Below are positions 1 through 9,015 of a DNA stretch of 38,126 bases, piece by piece; the first letter of the stretch is position 1; each line of letters opens with the position of its first letter. The DNA lies in NCBI GenBank assembly GCA_038207335.1, contig JBBQZX010000037.1:1-38126 (forward strand), given 5' to 3'. The notes beneath the pieces were generated by a model, which did not search any database, was not told the origin of the DNA, and saw nothing but the letters and a program-made list of their open reading frames with translations. The stretch is from Chthoniobacterales bacterium. Lineage in GTDB: Bacteria > Verrucomicrobiota > Verrucomicrobiia > Chthoniobacterales > Chthoniobacteraceae. The position numbers and the translations under genes are program-made.

Positions 1-46
1 CCATTTGGGCTCGCCTCAAAGGCGTGAGAGTGGCATTAGCGTGCAT
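1..46 (-). CDS. IS481-family transposase, N-terminus only (partial at window edge)
   Basis: ATG at 46-44 gives MHANATLTPLRRAQM, resembling the usual IS481 start motif (H-x-N-A-x-L-T-P-x-x-R). It is too short for the ORF track; translated by hand. Confidence 0.75.
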   Translation of the reverse strand, partial: MHANATLTPLRRAQM

Positions 47-137
47 GTTGTCCGTGCGGAATTTGAGGCGGTTGAGTGTTCATCCACCACCACCCTGCCA
101 AACCCTTCCCGTGCGGACAACCTCCTGAAACATGACA
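1..137 (-). mobile_element. Left end of an IS481-family insertion sequence, running off the left edge of the window
   Basis: The minus strand from 137 reads TGTCATGTTTCAGGAGGTTGT, matching the IS481-type terminus (TGT...TTCA..AGGTTGT). It is flanked by CCTAGG (138-143), an NCTAGN-type IS481 target, and a transposase start follows about 90 nt inside. Confidence 0.8.
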
Positions 138-138
138 C

Positions 139-500
139 CTAGGTCGCTTGGAGCACCCCGGTGTCCGCGCCACCGGCTATCGCACCTGTCGCAATCCGGG
201 CGCCGGCGTGGAAAGTCTCCATGTCGCCATCGACGACCATTCCCGCCTCGCTTTCGCCTCTCTCCACCCAGACGAAAAGATCCCCAGCGCTCTCGACGCC
301 CTGCGCCAGGCCATCGCCTTTTATCAAGAGCACGGCATCCAAATCACCCGCCTTCTCACCGACCGCGGCTCCACCTATCGCTCCAAACTCTTCGCCGCCA
401 CCTGCCAAGAGCTCGGCATCAAACACCGCTTCACCCGCCCCTACCGCCCACAGACCAACGGCAAGGCCGAACGCTTCATCCAGACCCTCACCCGCGAATG
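139..500 (+). pseudogene. Internal fragment of a second IS481-family transposase (DDE integrase core), cut at both ends
   Basis: Reads LGRLEHPGVRATG...LHVAIDDHSRLAF...LLTDRGSTY...TRPYRPQTNGKAERFIQTLTRE, typical IS481 rve motifs. It begins at the CTAG site and loses similarity after RE, where WAY is expected. Confidence 0.88.
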
Positions 501-616
501 CCCGCCAACGCAGACGCGCTCGCCCAACTCCGCGTTCTCAGAGCCAACCAACAGTGGGACGCCTACTGGATCGCCCAACGCGCCGCCTAATCTCTGCACC
601 AACTTCAATCACACCC
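501..616 (+). mobile_element. 3' remnant of an ISKra4-like element (transposase C-terminus plus putative right end)
   Basis: The frame of ORF 132..590 ends PANADALAQLRVLRANQQWDAYWIAQRAA*, resembling the ISKra4-type C-terminal NA..L.LR..RAN..W..YW. It is followed by ...ACTTCAATCACACCC ending at 616, consistent with GGG-starting terminal repeats. Confidence 0.62.
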
Positions 617-901
617 GATGTTTCGGGCGGTGGCCATGCCCGCGGTCCGCAAGATTGATTGCGTGTCGGGGAAATGGCGACGGTCGCTCGGCGCGCTCAA
701 GACGACCGGTGCCAGCAGCGGCAGCATGCTCGAGGGCCCATCGGCTCCCTCGCGGTGGGCACCCTACTCGCTCTGAACGCTTCCAAAAAAAACGGCCGCA
801 AAACGCAATCACGGTTTGTCCGTGATCAGGGTTCGTGCTTTGCTGGCAGTGCGGCGAGGAGGACGACGACGGCGCGCCTTAACTAACATCCCTCCGGAGA
901 C

Positions 902-3900
902 ATGAACACCAAATCACTCATCCTCAACGCGACTTTCGCGGTGGCGATTTTCGGAGGTGGCGGGCGGACTCAGGCTGGGAACGGCACGATCGATACTGCC
1001 GCGAAGACGATGGATCTGAGCGTGCTCTTCACCTATTCGGAAACGGACGACAATCTCGACGGCGGCGCAGCGACGACGTGGAAGCAGGTCTTCAACGAAG
1101 GATCGCGACGGCTCTGGAATGCGACCAACGGCCAGCTTCGCCTCGGCAAAATCACGGTGTACACCCGCGCGCTTGATCGGAAGGATGACGCGGACGTGTG
1201 GATTTCACCGGCGGGCGACACGGCCTACTCGACCGACATCGCGGTGCTCGGCGTGCCCGGCCAGCACATGCAGTTTTACGCGAACAAGCACCTGAGCCTC
1301 TCTGGCTACCTCGGTGATTGCAGCATTGCGCACGAAATCGGGCACTATGCATTTGGCCTTTGGGACGAGTACATCGGCTACTCCGTGCCGCTGGCGAAGA
1401 AGGATACCTACACGGAAGCCGATGCGCGGGTTGAGTCGGACAACCCGAGCATCCACTCCATCTCGGACGCGGATACAGTCGCTTCGCTCATGGACGCCGG
1501 CGGTGGCGTCTCCGGCCACAAACTTCGGACGGAGTTCGACACCGCCGCCAACATCGTGAAGGGAGTCGCGTTCGCCGGTCGCTGGTACATGAACAAGCAG
1601 TGGTACCAGCGAAAGGAAAGCTGCTGGGAAACGATGAGCCGCCTGACCTTCGACGGGGTGACGGTTTTTCAGGATATTCCGACCGGTGACTCGCCCAACG
1701 CGCCGCCTTCCGGTTTCGCCGACATCGAGTGGGAAAAAGTGCCGACGCTGAGCCGGCTGGTGCTGTGTATCGACAGCTCCGCGAGCATGGCCTTCAACAA
1801 CAAGCTGGAGCTGGCCATCGCGGGGGCGAAGATTTTTACGAACCTGACTCAGGAAGCCCACACTTTTGACATCACCAACGCGGCCGGATTGAGCGAAGGG
1901 ACCGTCTCAGTGGACGGCGATGAACTCGGGGTGGTTGATTTCAGCGACGCGGCCAACACCGATCTCCCGCTGACCACGGTGGACGAAAACGGCGAGACGA
2001 AGAGCGACGCGCAGTTCGGCATCGGTATGCTGAGCGCCAACGGGCACACCTCGATCGGAGTGGGCTTGCAGCAGGCACTCGGGGTGATCACGGCGGCCGG
2101 CAGTAAAGTGACGCAGGAAGCGGTGATCCTCCTCAGCGATGGCTTCGACGACTCAGGCTCGGGCACGGTCAAGCCGGCGGAGGCGGCGGGGAATTGCGCG
2201 GCTCGCGGAGTTCGGGTGTTCAGCATCGCGCTCGGGAGCGACGCGGATGTCAGCACGCTCGGTGCGGTGGCCATTGTCTCGCACGGGAAACTCTACCAGG
2301 CGTCCGATGCGCTTGGGCTGTTGCAGATTTACCCTGCGATCGCGGCCGAGCTGAAAGGCGGGGGCCTGGTGAGTTCGGTCGGAGACATTTCGCACGAACA
2401 GGAAGACACCAGCCAGACGACGACGGTTGATCCGTTCACGGAGGAGACCACCTTTTCGCTCTCCAGCGTCTCCGCGGGATTCACGTTTTCGATCAAGTCA
2501 CCCAGGGGCAAAACCTATACCGGGAGCGTCCCGGCCGACGGCGTGCGCTTTGAAAAGACGGCCAACGAATCGCATTTCCGCGTCTCGCATCCTGCGCCCG
2601 GCAAATGGCAGCAATTCGTGACCGCGCCTTCCGGCCCGGCCACCGCCAGCTATCGTTATGCGCTGACGAACACCTCCTCGACGCCGAAGGTCAACGTGAG
2701 CGTCACCACGCCGCAAACCGTTTTCACCGCCCCGGATCCGATCGTCTTTCAGTGCAGCGTCACGGCTGGGGATCCGGTCGGCGGCGCGGAGGTGAAGGGC
2801 GTGATCACCGGCCCGGATGGCAACCTTTTCTACGTCACGCTCTACGACGATGGCCTTGCCGACCACGGGGACGAGAGGGCGAATAATGGCGTCTATTCCG
2901 CGAGCTTCGTGCCGCCGTCCGGCAGCGGCGTTTACACCATCGATGTCACGGCCATCAACAAGACCGGCAAGCAGGCGATCGTGAATCCGGAGCAAGGCGA
3001 CACGCCGTTTGTGCCGAAGGCGATCCCGCCTTTTCAGCGGACGACTTCAGCGACGGTCCAGGTGACGGGCGCGACGGCGGTCCATCGCGACTGGTTCCGC
3101 GTCGATGCGCTGAGCATCAAGCAGAACAAAAACGACATCACCACCGGGTCGGTCACCATGACGGCGGAGATCAACGCCCAAGTCGGCCAACTGCACCCGT
3201 TGACGGACTTCATGAACGTGTTCTTCGGGACGCGCTATTTTCAGATCACCCCGGGCGCGCTGACCGCGACCAAGACGCCCGGCGTCTATAAAATCTCGAA
3301 CAAACCTTACGGCCTCAGCGGCACGCTGATGTTGGAAATCGGCGGTTCCAGTCGGGCGAAACTTGTCGTCACAAAGAAGAATTTTGATCTCACCGGGACG
3401 CCGTTCGCTTCGACGCTCGACGTGAAGATTTCCAGTGGAAACTACCTCCAGACGGTGACCATCGAGCCGACGCTCACGCCCACGCAACTGCCGACCAAAC
3501 TCACTTACCTGGCGAAGAAAAACTTCGCCGAGACGCCGACGCTCTTCCTCGATGGCATTAAGGCTTCGATCAATCACGCCGCGCTCAACAAGGACAAGTT
3601 GCGCATCGTCTCCACCTTCCACGGCGGCGGAGGAAACTATGATCCCGCGACGCAAGACATGGATGTGAAGCTGGGGAAATTCACCCTCGCCATCCCCATG
3701 AGGACACTGACCCTCAGCGCTAAAAAGGTGGCCAAGGGGAAGGTGCCGATCGGCGCCGGCTCGGCGCAAGTGACGATCGATCTAAACAAGCACACCTTCC
3801 TCTTGGCCGGCGCGAAGCTGGAGCTGAACGGCCTGCTCGATCGCACGATGATCACCGCTCTCGATGTCGGGGACTTCGCTCAGAAGGGCGTGCTCACGAC

Positions 3901-3943
3901 GAAGCAAACCGTGGCCGGAAAAACCGAGAAGCTGACTTACTAA
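902..3943 (+). CDS. Secreted CLCA-like zinc metalloprotease / VWA-domain protein (1013 aa)
   Basis: Signal-peptide-like N-terminus; AHEIGHYAFGLWDEY (HEXXH at 1331-1345, CLCA-type HExxH...DEY); SCWETM then VWA LVLCIDSSASM (MIDAS DxSxS), T-S-I-G-x-G-L and ILLSDG; LYDDG...NNGVYS motif; Lys-rich beta C-terminal region. Confidence 0.85.
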   Translation: MNTKSLILNATFAVAIFGGGGRTQAGNGTIDTAAKTMDLSVLFTYSETDDNLDGGAATTWKQVFNEGSRRLWNATNGQLRLGKITVYTRALDRKDDADVWISPAGDTAYSTDIAVLGVPGQHMQFYANKHLSLSGYLGDCSIAHEIGHYAFGLWDEYIGYSVPLAKKDTYTEADARVESDNPSIHSISDADTVASLMDAGGGVSGHKLRTEFDTAANIVKGVAFAGRWYMNKQWYQRKESCWETMSRLTFDGVTVFQDIPTGDSPNAPPSGFADIEWEKVPTLSRLVLCIDSSASMAFNNKLELAIAGAKIFTNLTQEAHTFDITNAAGLSEGTVSVDGDELGVVDFSDAANTDLPLTTVDENGETKSDAQFGIGMLSANGHTSIGVGLQQALGVITAAGSKVTQEAVILLSDGFDDSGSGTVKPAEAAGNCAARGVRVFSIALGSDADVSTLGAVAIVSHGKLYQASDALGLLQIYPAIAAELKGGGLVSSVGDISHEQEDTSQTTTVDPFTEETTFSLSSVSAGFTFSIKSPRGKTYTGSVPADGVRFEKTANESHFRVSHPAPGKWQQFVTAPSGPATASYRYALTNTSSTPKVNVSVTTPQTVFTAPDPIVFQCSVTAGDPVGGAEVKGVITGPDGNLFYVTLYDDGLADHGDERANNGVYSASFVPPSGSGVYTIDVTAINKTGKQAIVNPEQGDTPFVPKAIPPFQRTTSATVQVTGATAVHRDWFRVDALSIKQNKNDITTGSVTMTAEINAQVGQLHPLTDFMNVFFGTRYFQITPGALTATKTPGVYKISNKPYGLSGTLMLEIGGSSRAKLVVTKKNFDLTGTPFASTLDVKISSGNYLQTVTIEPTLTPTQLPTKLTYLAKKNFAETPTLFLDGIKASINHAALNKDKLRIVSTFHGGGGNYDPATQDMDVKLGKFTLAIPMRTLTLSAKKVAKGKVPIGAGSAQVTIDLNKHTFLLAGAKLELNGLLDRTMITALDVGDFAQKGVLTTKQTVAGKTEKLTY

Positions 3944-3945
3944 CC

Positions 3946-4632
3946 ATGGCGTCGCGCCCGCCGTGGTTGAATCGAAAGGCGCTCGCGCTCGGCGTCGCGG
4001 CTACGGCGCTGCTGGCCGTCGCTTTGGTTTGTTATGTGATGATCGAAACGTCGTCGCCACCGCCTGCGGCGAAAGTGCCGCACGCCGCGAGCGAGACCAC
4101 AACCCAGGAGCGGAAGGAAATGGCGGCGCCTCGCGCGCACGCCAATTCGCCGGATGCAGCGCGGCGGGAGGAACTGAAGACCATGGTCGCTGCGATTATC
4201 GGTCCCGAAACAGCGGCGGACATCCGCGGCTGGGCCGATACCTTACAGAAAGGCGATGGCGAGCAGCGCGCGGATGCCATCCGGGAGCTGGGCTTTCTGG
4301 ATGATCCGCGCTGGCTGCCGGTGGTTATCTCGGTGCTGGGCCACGACGAAGACGCGACGGTGCGCAGCGCCGCTGCCGCCGAACTCGCCACGCAATCGAC
4401 CTCGCCCGCCGCCGCCCACGCGCTGGCCGCCACACTGACCGACTCCGACCCGGACGTGCGCGAAAACGCGCTCCTCTCCTTAAAAGCGATTCGCAACGCC
4501 ACCGTGGAAGAAGACCTGAGGCGCCTGCTGGCGGAGCACCGTCTGGATGCGGAAACCACGCAGGGAGTGCGGCTGTTGCTGGATCGCCTTTACGTTCACA
4601 AAGATCCGCTGGCCGATCCTTTGAGCGAGTAG
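3946..4632 (+). CDS. Membrane-anchored HEAT/PBS-lyase-like repeat protein (228 aa)
   Basis: N-terminal hydrophobic helix (ALALGVAATALLAVALVCYVMI), a linker, then repeats RADAIRELG, DEDATVRSAAAAEL and DSDPDVRENALLSL. Starts 2 nt after the upstream stop. Confidence 0.85.
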   Translation: MASRPPWLNRKALALGVAATALLAVALVCYVMIETSSPPPAAKVPHAASETTTQERKEMAAPRAHANSPDAARREELKTMVAAIIGPETAADIRGWADTLQKGDGEQRADAIRELGFLDDPRWLPVVISVLGHDEDATVRSAAAAELATQSTSPAAAHALAATLTDSDPDVRENALLSLKAIRNATVEEDLRRLLAEHRLDAETTQGVRLLLDRLYVHKDPLADPLSE

Positions 4633-4708
4633 AAATCATCTTGGAAATCACGAAAACCGAGCCATATCCCCCGCCTCCCCGGCGGGAGCAATTCACCCCA
4701 TCCTAAAT

Positions 4709-7252
4709 ATGATCGAACCCCTCGAATCCCGCATCGCACCGGCCGCCATTTTTCACTACACGGACATCGACGGCGACCTCGTCACGATCAAGGCGAACAA
4801 GGCCGCGCCGGAGAGTTTTTCGCTGCCCGGGGTGCTCACCTTTACCAACACCGACGCGGGGGTACCGCGGCAGCTCCAGAAGATCGACCTGAGTGTGGCG
4901 ACGGGGAATGCGTTTGCGGGCAGCGATCTCATTCTCACGGTGAAGCGCGGGCCGGCGGGCGACGGCTTTGCCAATGTGGGCGCGATCGATGCGCGCTCGA
5001 CGGATGGCGGCGTCGATCTCGATCTCGGTACGGTGTCGATCGCGGGCGACCTCGGGCAGATCGATGCGGGCGATGGCGATACCTCGGCGGCGTCGCCGGC
5101 GATCAAGGCGCTGAAGGTGCGGACCATGGGGCTATTCGGTCTCGCGACGCAGGCGGGCGCGGGCAGTTTCGACAGTGACATTCAGGGCCGGCTCGGCTCC
5201 TTCACGGCGACGGAGACGGTGCAGGATGTGTTTCTGCATGTGACCGGCGGCACCGACGGCACGATCGGGTCGGTGACGATCGGCGGATCGCTGCTGGGGC
5301 TGCGCGTGGGGAATCTCGTGACCCTGCCCGGCGCGATCAAGGCGAGCGGCGACATCGGCCCGGTGAAGATCAAGGGCGACGTGCTGGGGCTGAGTTACGG
5401 CGGCGGCAGTATCCAGAGCGATGGCGGGAAGATCGCGAGCGTGACGATCGGCGGTTCGCTCCTCGGCCTGGCGGGAGATTTCTCCGGGCTCATCCGCAGC
5501 GGCGGCGATCTCGGGCCGGTGAAGATCGTCCACGATGTGCGCGGCGGCACCGGCCCGAATTCCGGGTACATCGCGAACGACGCCACCGCCGGCCCGCTGG
5601 ACAGCGCGATGGGAAGCATCACCATCGGCGGAACGCTGGTCGGCGGCTCGGGAGCGGAGGGCGGCCAGATCCGCAGCGAGGGCACGATCGGCGCGGTGAA
5701 AATCGGCCACGACCTCAAGGCCGGCGACGGCGACGACACGGGCAGCATTTACGCCGGCAGCGACGTCAAGAGTCTCTCCATCGGCGGCTCAATCATCGGC
5801 GGCCGGGGCAATGAGTCGGGAAGTGGGGGAAACCTTCGCTTTGGGCAGGTCGAGATCTTCGGCGCGGTCAAGTCGATCACAGTCCGCGGCTCCCTCGTCG
5901 GCGGCGACGATCCCGACCTCACGGACATGACTTCCTTTGCGAGCTTCAGCGCTTGCATCTCCGCGTCCGGGTCAGTCCATAGCTTGAAGATCGGCGGCTC
6001 GATCATCGGCGGGTCCGGCAATCGCGCCGGCGCGATTTTCAGCGGCAGCTATGGCACGCTCAGCATCGGCGGCTCGATCATCGGCGGCATGGGCGATAGC
6101 ACCGGCGACGTTCAAGTCACAGCCATCGGCACCCTGAAGATCGCCGGCGATCTCCAGCGACCGGCCGGGAATAACCTCTTCTCCAATGGACAGGTCTCTG
6201 CGCAAACCTTCGGCAATCTCACCATCGGCGGCAGCGTGAGCGGCGTCATCACCGGCTCTCAAGCGGGCACGATCAAGATCGGCGGCGATCTCGACGGCAC
6301 GGGCGGTAGCTCCCACGGTTTCCTCGATTTCAGCAGCGGCTTTGACGGCGTGAACATCAAGAGCCTTCGCATCGGCGGCTCGGTCATCGGCGGCTCGGCC
6401 AACTCCGGGTTGGTGAGCTTTTCCGGATTCATTCGCGCCGGCTCCGAGGTGAGTTCCATCAAGATCGGCGGCGATCTGCTTGGCGGGAGCGTCACCGGCA
6501 GCGCGAGTCTTTTCACCTCCGGCTCCGTGGAAATCGCCGGTCGGCTCGGCGCGGTGGCCATCGGCGGCTCCATCGTAGCCGGTACCGACACGAGTTCGAG
6601 TTCCATCTCGGAAAGCGCCGGCATTTACAGTTACGCCGACATCGGCTCGGTCACCGTCCGCGGTGATCTCATCGGGAACGCCTCCGGCAAAGGTGCGCGG
6701 GTGACCATCGCCGCGCGCGGACTGCGCTTCGACGACCCGCGTCTCGTCAACGGCCCGGATGTGGCGATCGGGAAAATCTCGATCGGCGGGCGCGCGGAAT
6801 ACGCCCTCCTGCTCGGGGGCTTCACCCCGTCGATTTCCCTCCCGCAGGGCGCCAACGCCGACGCGCAGATCGGCGCGGTGAAGGTCGGTGGCGACTGGAT
6901 CGCCAGCAGCATCGTGGCGGGAATCGAAAACTACGGCGCCAACGCGACCAAAGGCGCCACTTTCCCCGACGCCGACGACAACACTTATTTCGGCGACGGC
7001 AACGACCACCGCATCAGCGGAAGCGACGTGAAAGACGACGACGATATCAAATTCATCTCGAAGATCGGGAGCATCTTGATCAAAGGCGCCGTCGTCGGCA
7101 CGAGCGCGACCGGCGATCACTTTGGCTTCGTCGCGCAGCAGATCGGCTCGTTCAAAGCCGGCGGCTTCACCGCCTCGCTCAACTCCGCCACCGATGACTC
7201 GTTTGCCCTTTCCCACGAGACCGGCGACGATGTCACGTTCCGGGAGGGATAG
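4709..7252 (+). CDS. Extracellular Gly-rich beta-solenoid repeat protein with LEPR-XLL-like N-terminus (847 aa)
   Basis: Starts MIEPLESRIAPA (PVC extracellular-protein motif). Many repeats of I-G-S/P-V-T/K-I-G-G-S/D-L/I-x-G-G. C-terminal SSIVAG...FGDGND...SKIGSI cap. Confidence 0.85.
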   Translation: MIEPLESRIAPAAIFHYTDIDGDLVTIKANKAAPESFSLPGVLTFTNTDAGVPRQLQKIDLSVATGNAFAGSDLILTVKRGPAGDGFANVGAIDARSTDGGVDLDLGTVSIAGDLGQIDAGDGDTSAASPAIKALKVRTMGLFGLATQAGAGSFDSDIQGRLGSFTATETVQDVFLHVTGGTDGTIGSVTIGGSLLGLRVGNLVTLPGAIKASGDIGPVKIKGDVLGLSYGGGSIQSDGGKIASVTIGGSLLGLAGDFSGLIRSGGDLGPVKIVHDVRGGTGPNSGYIANDATAGPLDSAMGSITIGGTLVGGSGAEGGQIRSEGTIGAVKIGHDLKAGDGDDTGSIYAGSDVKSLSIGGSIIGGRGNESGSGGNLRFGQVEIFGAVKSITVRGSLVGGDDPDLTDMTSFASFSACISASGSVHSLKIGGSIIGGSGNRAGAIFSGSYGTLSIGGSIIGGMGDSTGDVQVTAIGTLKIAGDLQRPAGNNLFSNGQVSAQTFGNLTIGGSVSGVITGSQAGTIKIGGDLDGTGGSSHGFLDFSSGFDGVNIKSLRIGGSVIGGSANSGLVSFSGFIRAGSEVSSIKIGGDLLGGSVTGSASLFTSGSVEIAGRLGAVAIGGSIVAGTDTSSSSISESAGIYSYADIGSVTVRGDLIGNASGKGARVTIAARGLRFDDPRLVNGPDVAIGKISIGGRAEYALLLGGFTPSISLPQGANADAQIGAVKVGGDWIASSIVAGIENYGANATKGATFPDADDNTYFGDGNDHRISGSDVKDDDDIKFISKIGSILIKGAVVGTSATGDHFGFVAQQIGSFKAGGFTASLNSATDDSFALSHETGDDVTFREG

Positions 7253-7264
7253 GCGCTGGGTGCT

Positions 7265-7302
7265 CCTGCACGCAGTGCAGGCTTTGCCTTGAATCCAAAG
7301 CC
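7265..7302 (+). terminator. Candidate terminator hairpin(s) after the 4709..7252 gene
   Basis: CCTGCAC-gca-GTGCAGG (7265-7281) followed by CTTTGCCTT, with an overlapping second stem GGCTTTG/CAAAGCC (7280-7302). The U-tract is weak. Confidence 0.4.
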
Positions 7303-7623
7303 GGGGAAACAGACTTAGGAAATTGTTTGCTGGCTTTCTCGGCATTGCTTAAAATTCCATCGGATCAAGCAATTAAAAGGCTTTCCAGTCGATTCAGCCC
7401 GCAAATCGCGACTGGCAAAAGGATGGAAGAAAGCGCGTCATTCTAGAACAAACTCTAGCAGTTACGCGGCCGCTTTAGGGGGGGTCCAGAGGCGTTTGCG
7501 AGGAACGGCCCGGTGACGTTGAGTCTCCGCGGTGCCCGAGGGGGGTGGATGCCGGTGGGGGGGACGGACGAAAGTCGAACGTCGAGGGTCGAGGAGAGGA
7601 GGGCGTGCGATTTTCCGCAGGCT

Positions 7624-9015
7624 TCAGGCGGGGAGGCGGATGGTGAATCGGGAGCCGCGACCGGGCTCGCTGGCGACGGAAATTTCGCCGCCGTGGGCCT
7701 CGACGATCGCTTTCACGAGGCTGAGGCCGAGGCCGAGGCCGCGCTCGGATCGGCTTTTATCCACGCGGTAGAGTCGCTCCCAGATGCGCTCGTGCTCGTC
7801 GGCGGGAATGCCATCGCCGGTGTCGGCGACGACGATTTGCACTCCGCCGGAAACGCGCCCGGCTGTGACGGAGACGGAGCCGCCGGCGGGGGTGTATTTG
7901 ATGGCGTTGTCCACGAGATTTCCCATCGCGCGCTGGAGTCGCAGGGAATCCGCGGAGACCTCGATGCCCGCAGGGACCGCGAGTGTCAGGGAGACGTTTT
8001 TTTCCTCCGCGACGTGCTCGTAGAGATCAACGATGCGCGCGGCGAGGTCGTGGATGGAGACGGGGGCGCGCTTGAGTTTCATCGCGCCGGACTCTGCTTC
8101 GCTGATGTCCATGACGGCGGTGAGCATGGCCACGGCGTATTCGGATTCCTCGAGGCAGTCGGCGAGGGCCTCGTGGGATGCGGCTTTTTCGGCGTCGGAC
8201 TCGAGGGCTTTGCTGGCGGTATTGCGCAGCCGGGTCATGGGGGTGCGGAGGTCGTGGGCGACGTTTTCGAGGGACTCGCGCATCCCGCGCACGAGGCGGT
8301 CGATCTTGAGAAGCATCGTGTTGAAGTGGACGACGAGTTCGTCGATCTCGTCGCCTGTGCCGCGCGGAGGGACGCGGGCGTCGAATTTTCCCGTGGATAA
8401 AATGGAGCGGACGGTGCCGGTGAGGAGCTGGATGGGGCGCAGCGCGCGACCTGCAAAAAACGCGCCGATCGGGATGGAGAGGAGCACGACGAAGCCGCTG
8501 ATGAAGAGGAGCGAGGAGCGGAAGGAGTTGAGAAGTTCGCGGTAGTTTTCGAGGGTCTTGCCGACCTGCAGGAGGGTGCCGTCGGCGAGGGGCTTTGAGG
8601 CGATGGAGAGGACGGTGCCGTCGGGCGCAGTGAGTTCGCTCCAGGATAGCTGCGCGGGATATTGGCGGAGCGCGAGGGCCTGCGGGTTGAAGTCATTCCA
8701 GTCATCCGCGTCGCGCAGAAACGTGGTGCGGCCAGTGCGATCGGCGAGCCGCACGAAGAAGGCTTTCTGCTCGCGACCGATGCGATCTTTGCACCGCTCG
8801 ATGACAGCCTCGCGACCGCCGCGCGCGTATTCGGCGGCAAATTGCGAGAAGCGGAATCCGACGACTTCGCGGAGCTGCTCATCGAGCGCGCGATCGACGA
8901 GGACGTAGGCGATGAAGGAGACGAGGATGGCGCCGAGGCCGAAGATGGCGGCGAGCCCGAGGGTCATGCGGACGCCGATCGTCCGGAGCTCCCGCCTAAT
9001 CCGCGCGAAAGACAT
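7624..9015 (-). CDS. Sensor histidine kinase (2 TM, HAMP, HisKA, HATPase), CusS/heavy-metal-sensor-like
   Basis: H-box NVAHDLRTPMTRL, N-box NLVDNAIKY, G1 DTGDGI, G2 GLGLGLS; HAMP ALRPIQLL...DEIDELVVHFNTML. Confidence 0.95.
   Translation of the reverse strand: MSFARIRRELRTIGVRMTLGLAAIFGLGAILVSFIAYVLVDRALDEQLREVVGFRFSQFAAEYARGGREAVIERCKDRIGREQKAFFVRLADRTGRTTFLRDADDWNDFNPQALALRQYPAQLSWSELTAPDGTVLSIASKPLADGTLLQVGKTLENYRELLNSFRSSLLFISGFVVLLSIPIGAFFAGRALRPIQLLTGTVRSILSTGKFDARVPPRGTGDEIDELVVHFNTMLLKIDRLVRGMRESLENVAHDLRTPMTRLRNTASKALESDAEKAASHEALADCLEESEYAVAMLTAVMDISEAESGAMKLKRAPVSIHDLAARIVDLYEHVAEEKNVSLTLAVPAGIEVSADSLRLQRAMGNLVDNAIKYTPAGGSVSVTAGRVSGGVQIVVADTGDGIPADEHERIWERLYRVDKSRSERGLGLGLSLVKAIVEAHGGEISVASEPGRGSRFTIRLPA

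Noticed and set aside
139..426. 95-aa minus-strand ORF MFDAELLAGG...
   Set aside because: Antisense shadow of the IS481 transposase fragment.
501..825. C-terminal half of ORF 148..825 as part of an intact transposase
   Set aside because: Out-of-frame read-through past the IS481/ISKra4-like junction; transposase motifs stop at about 500.
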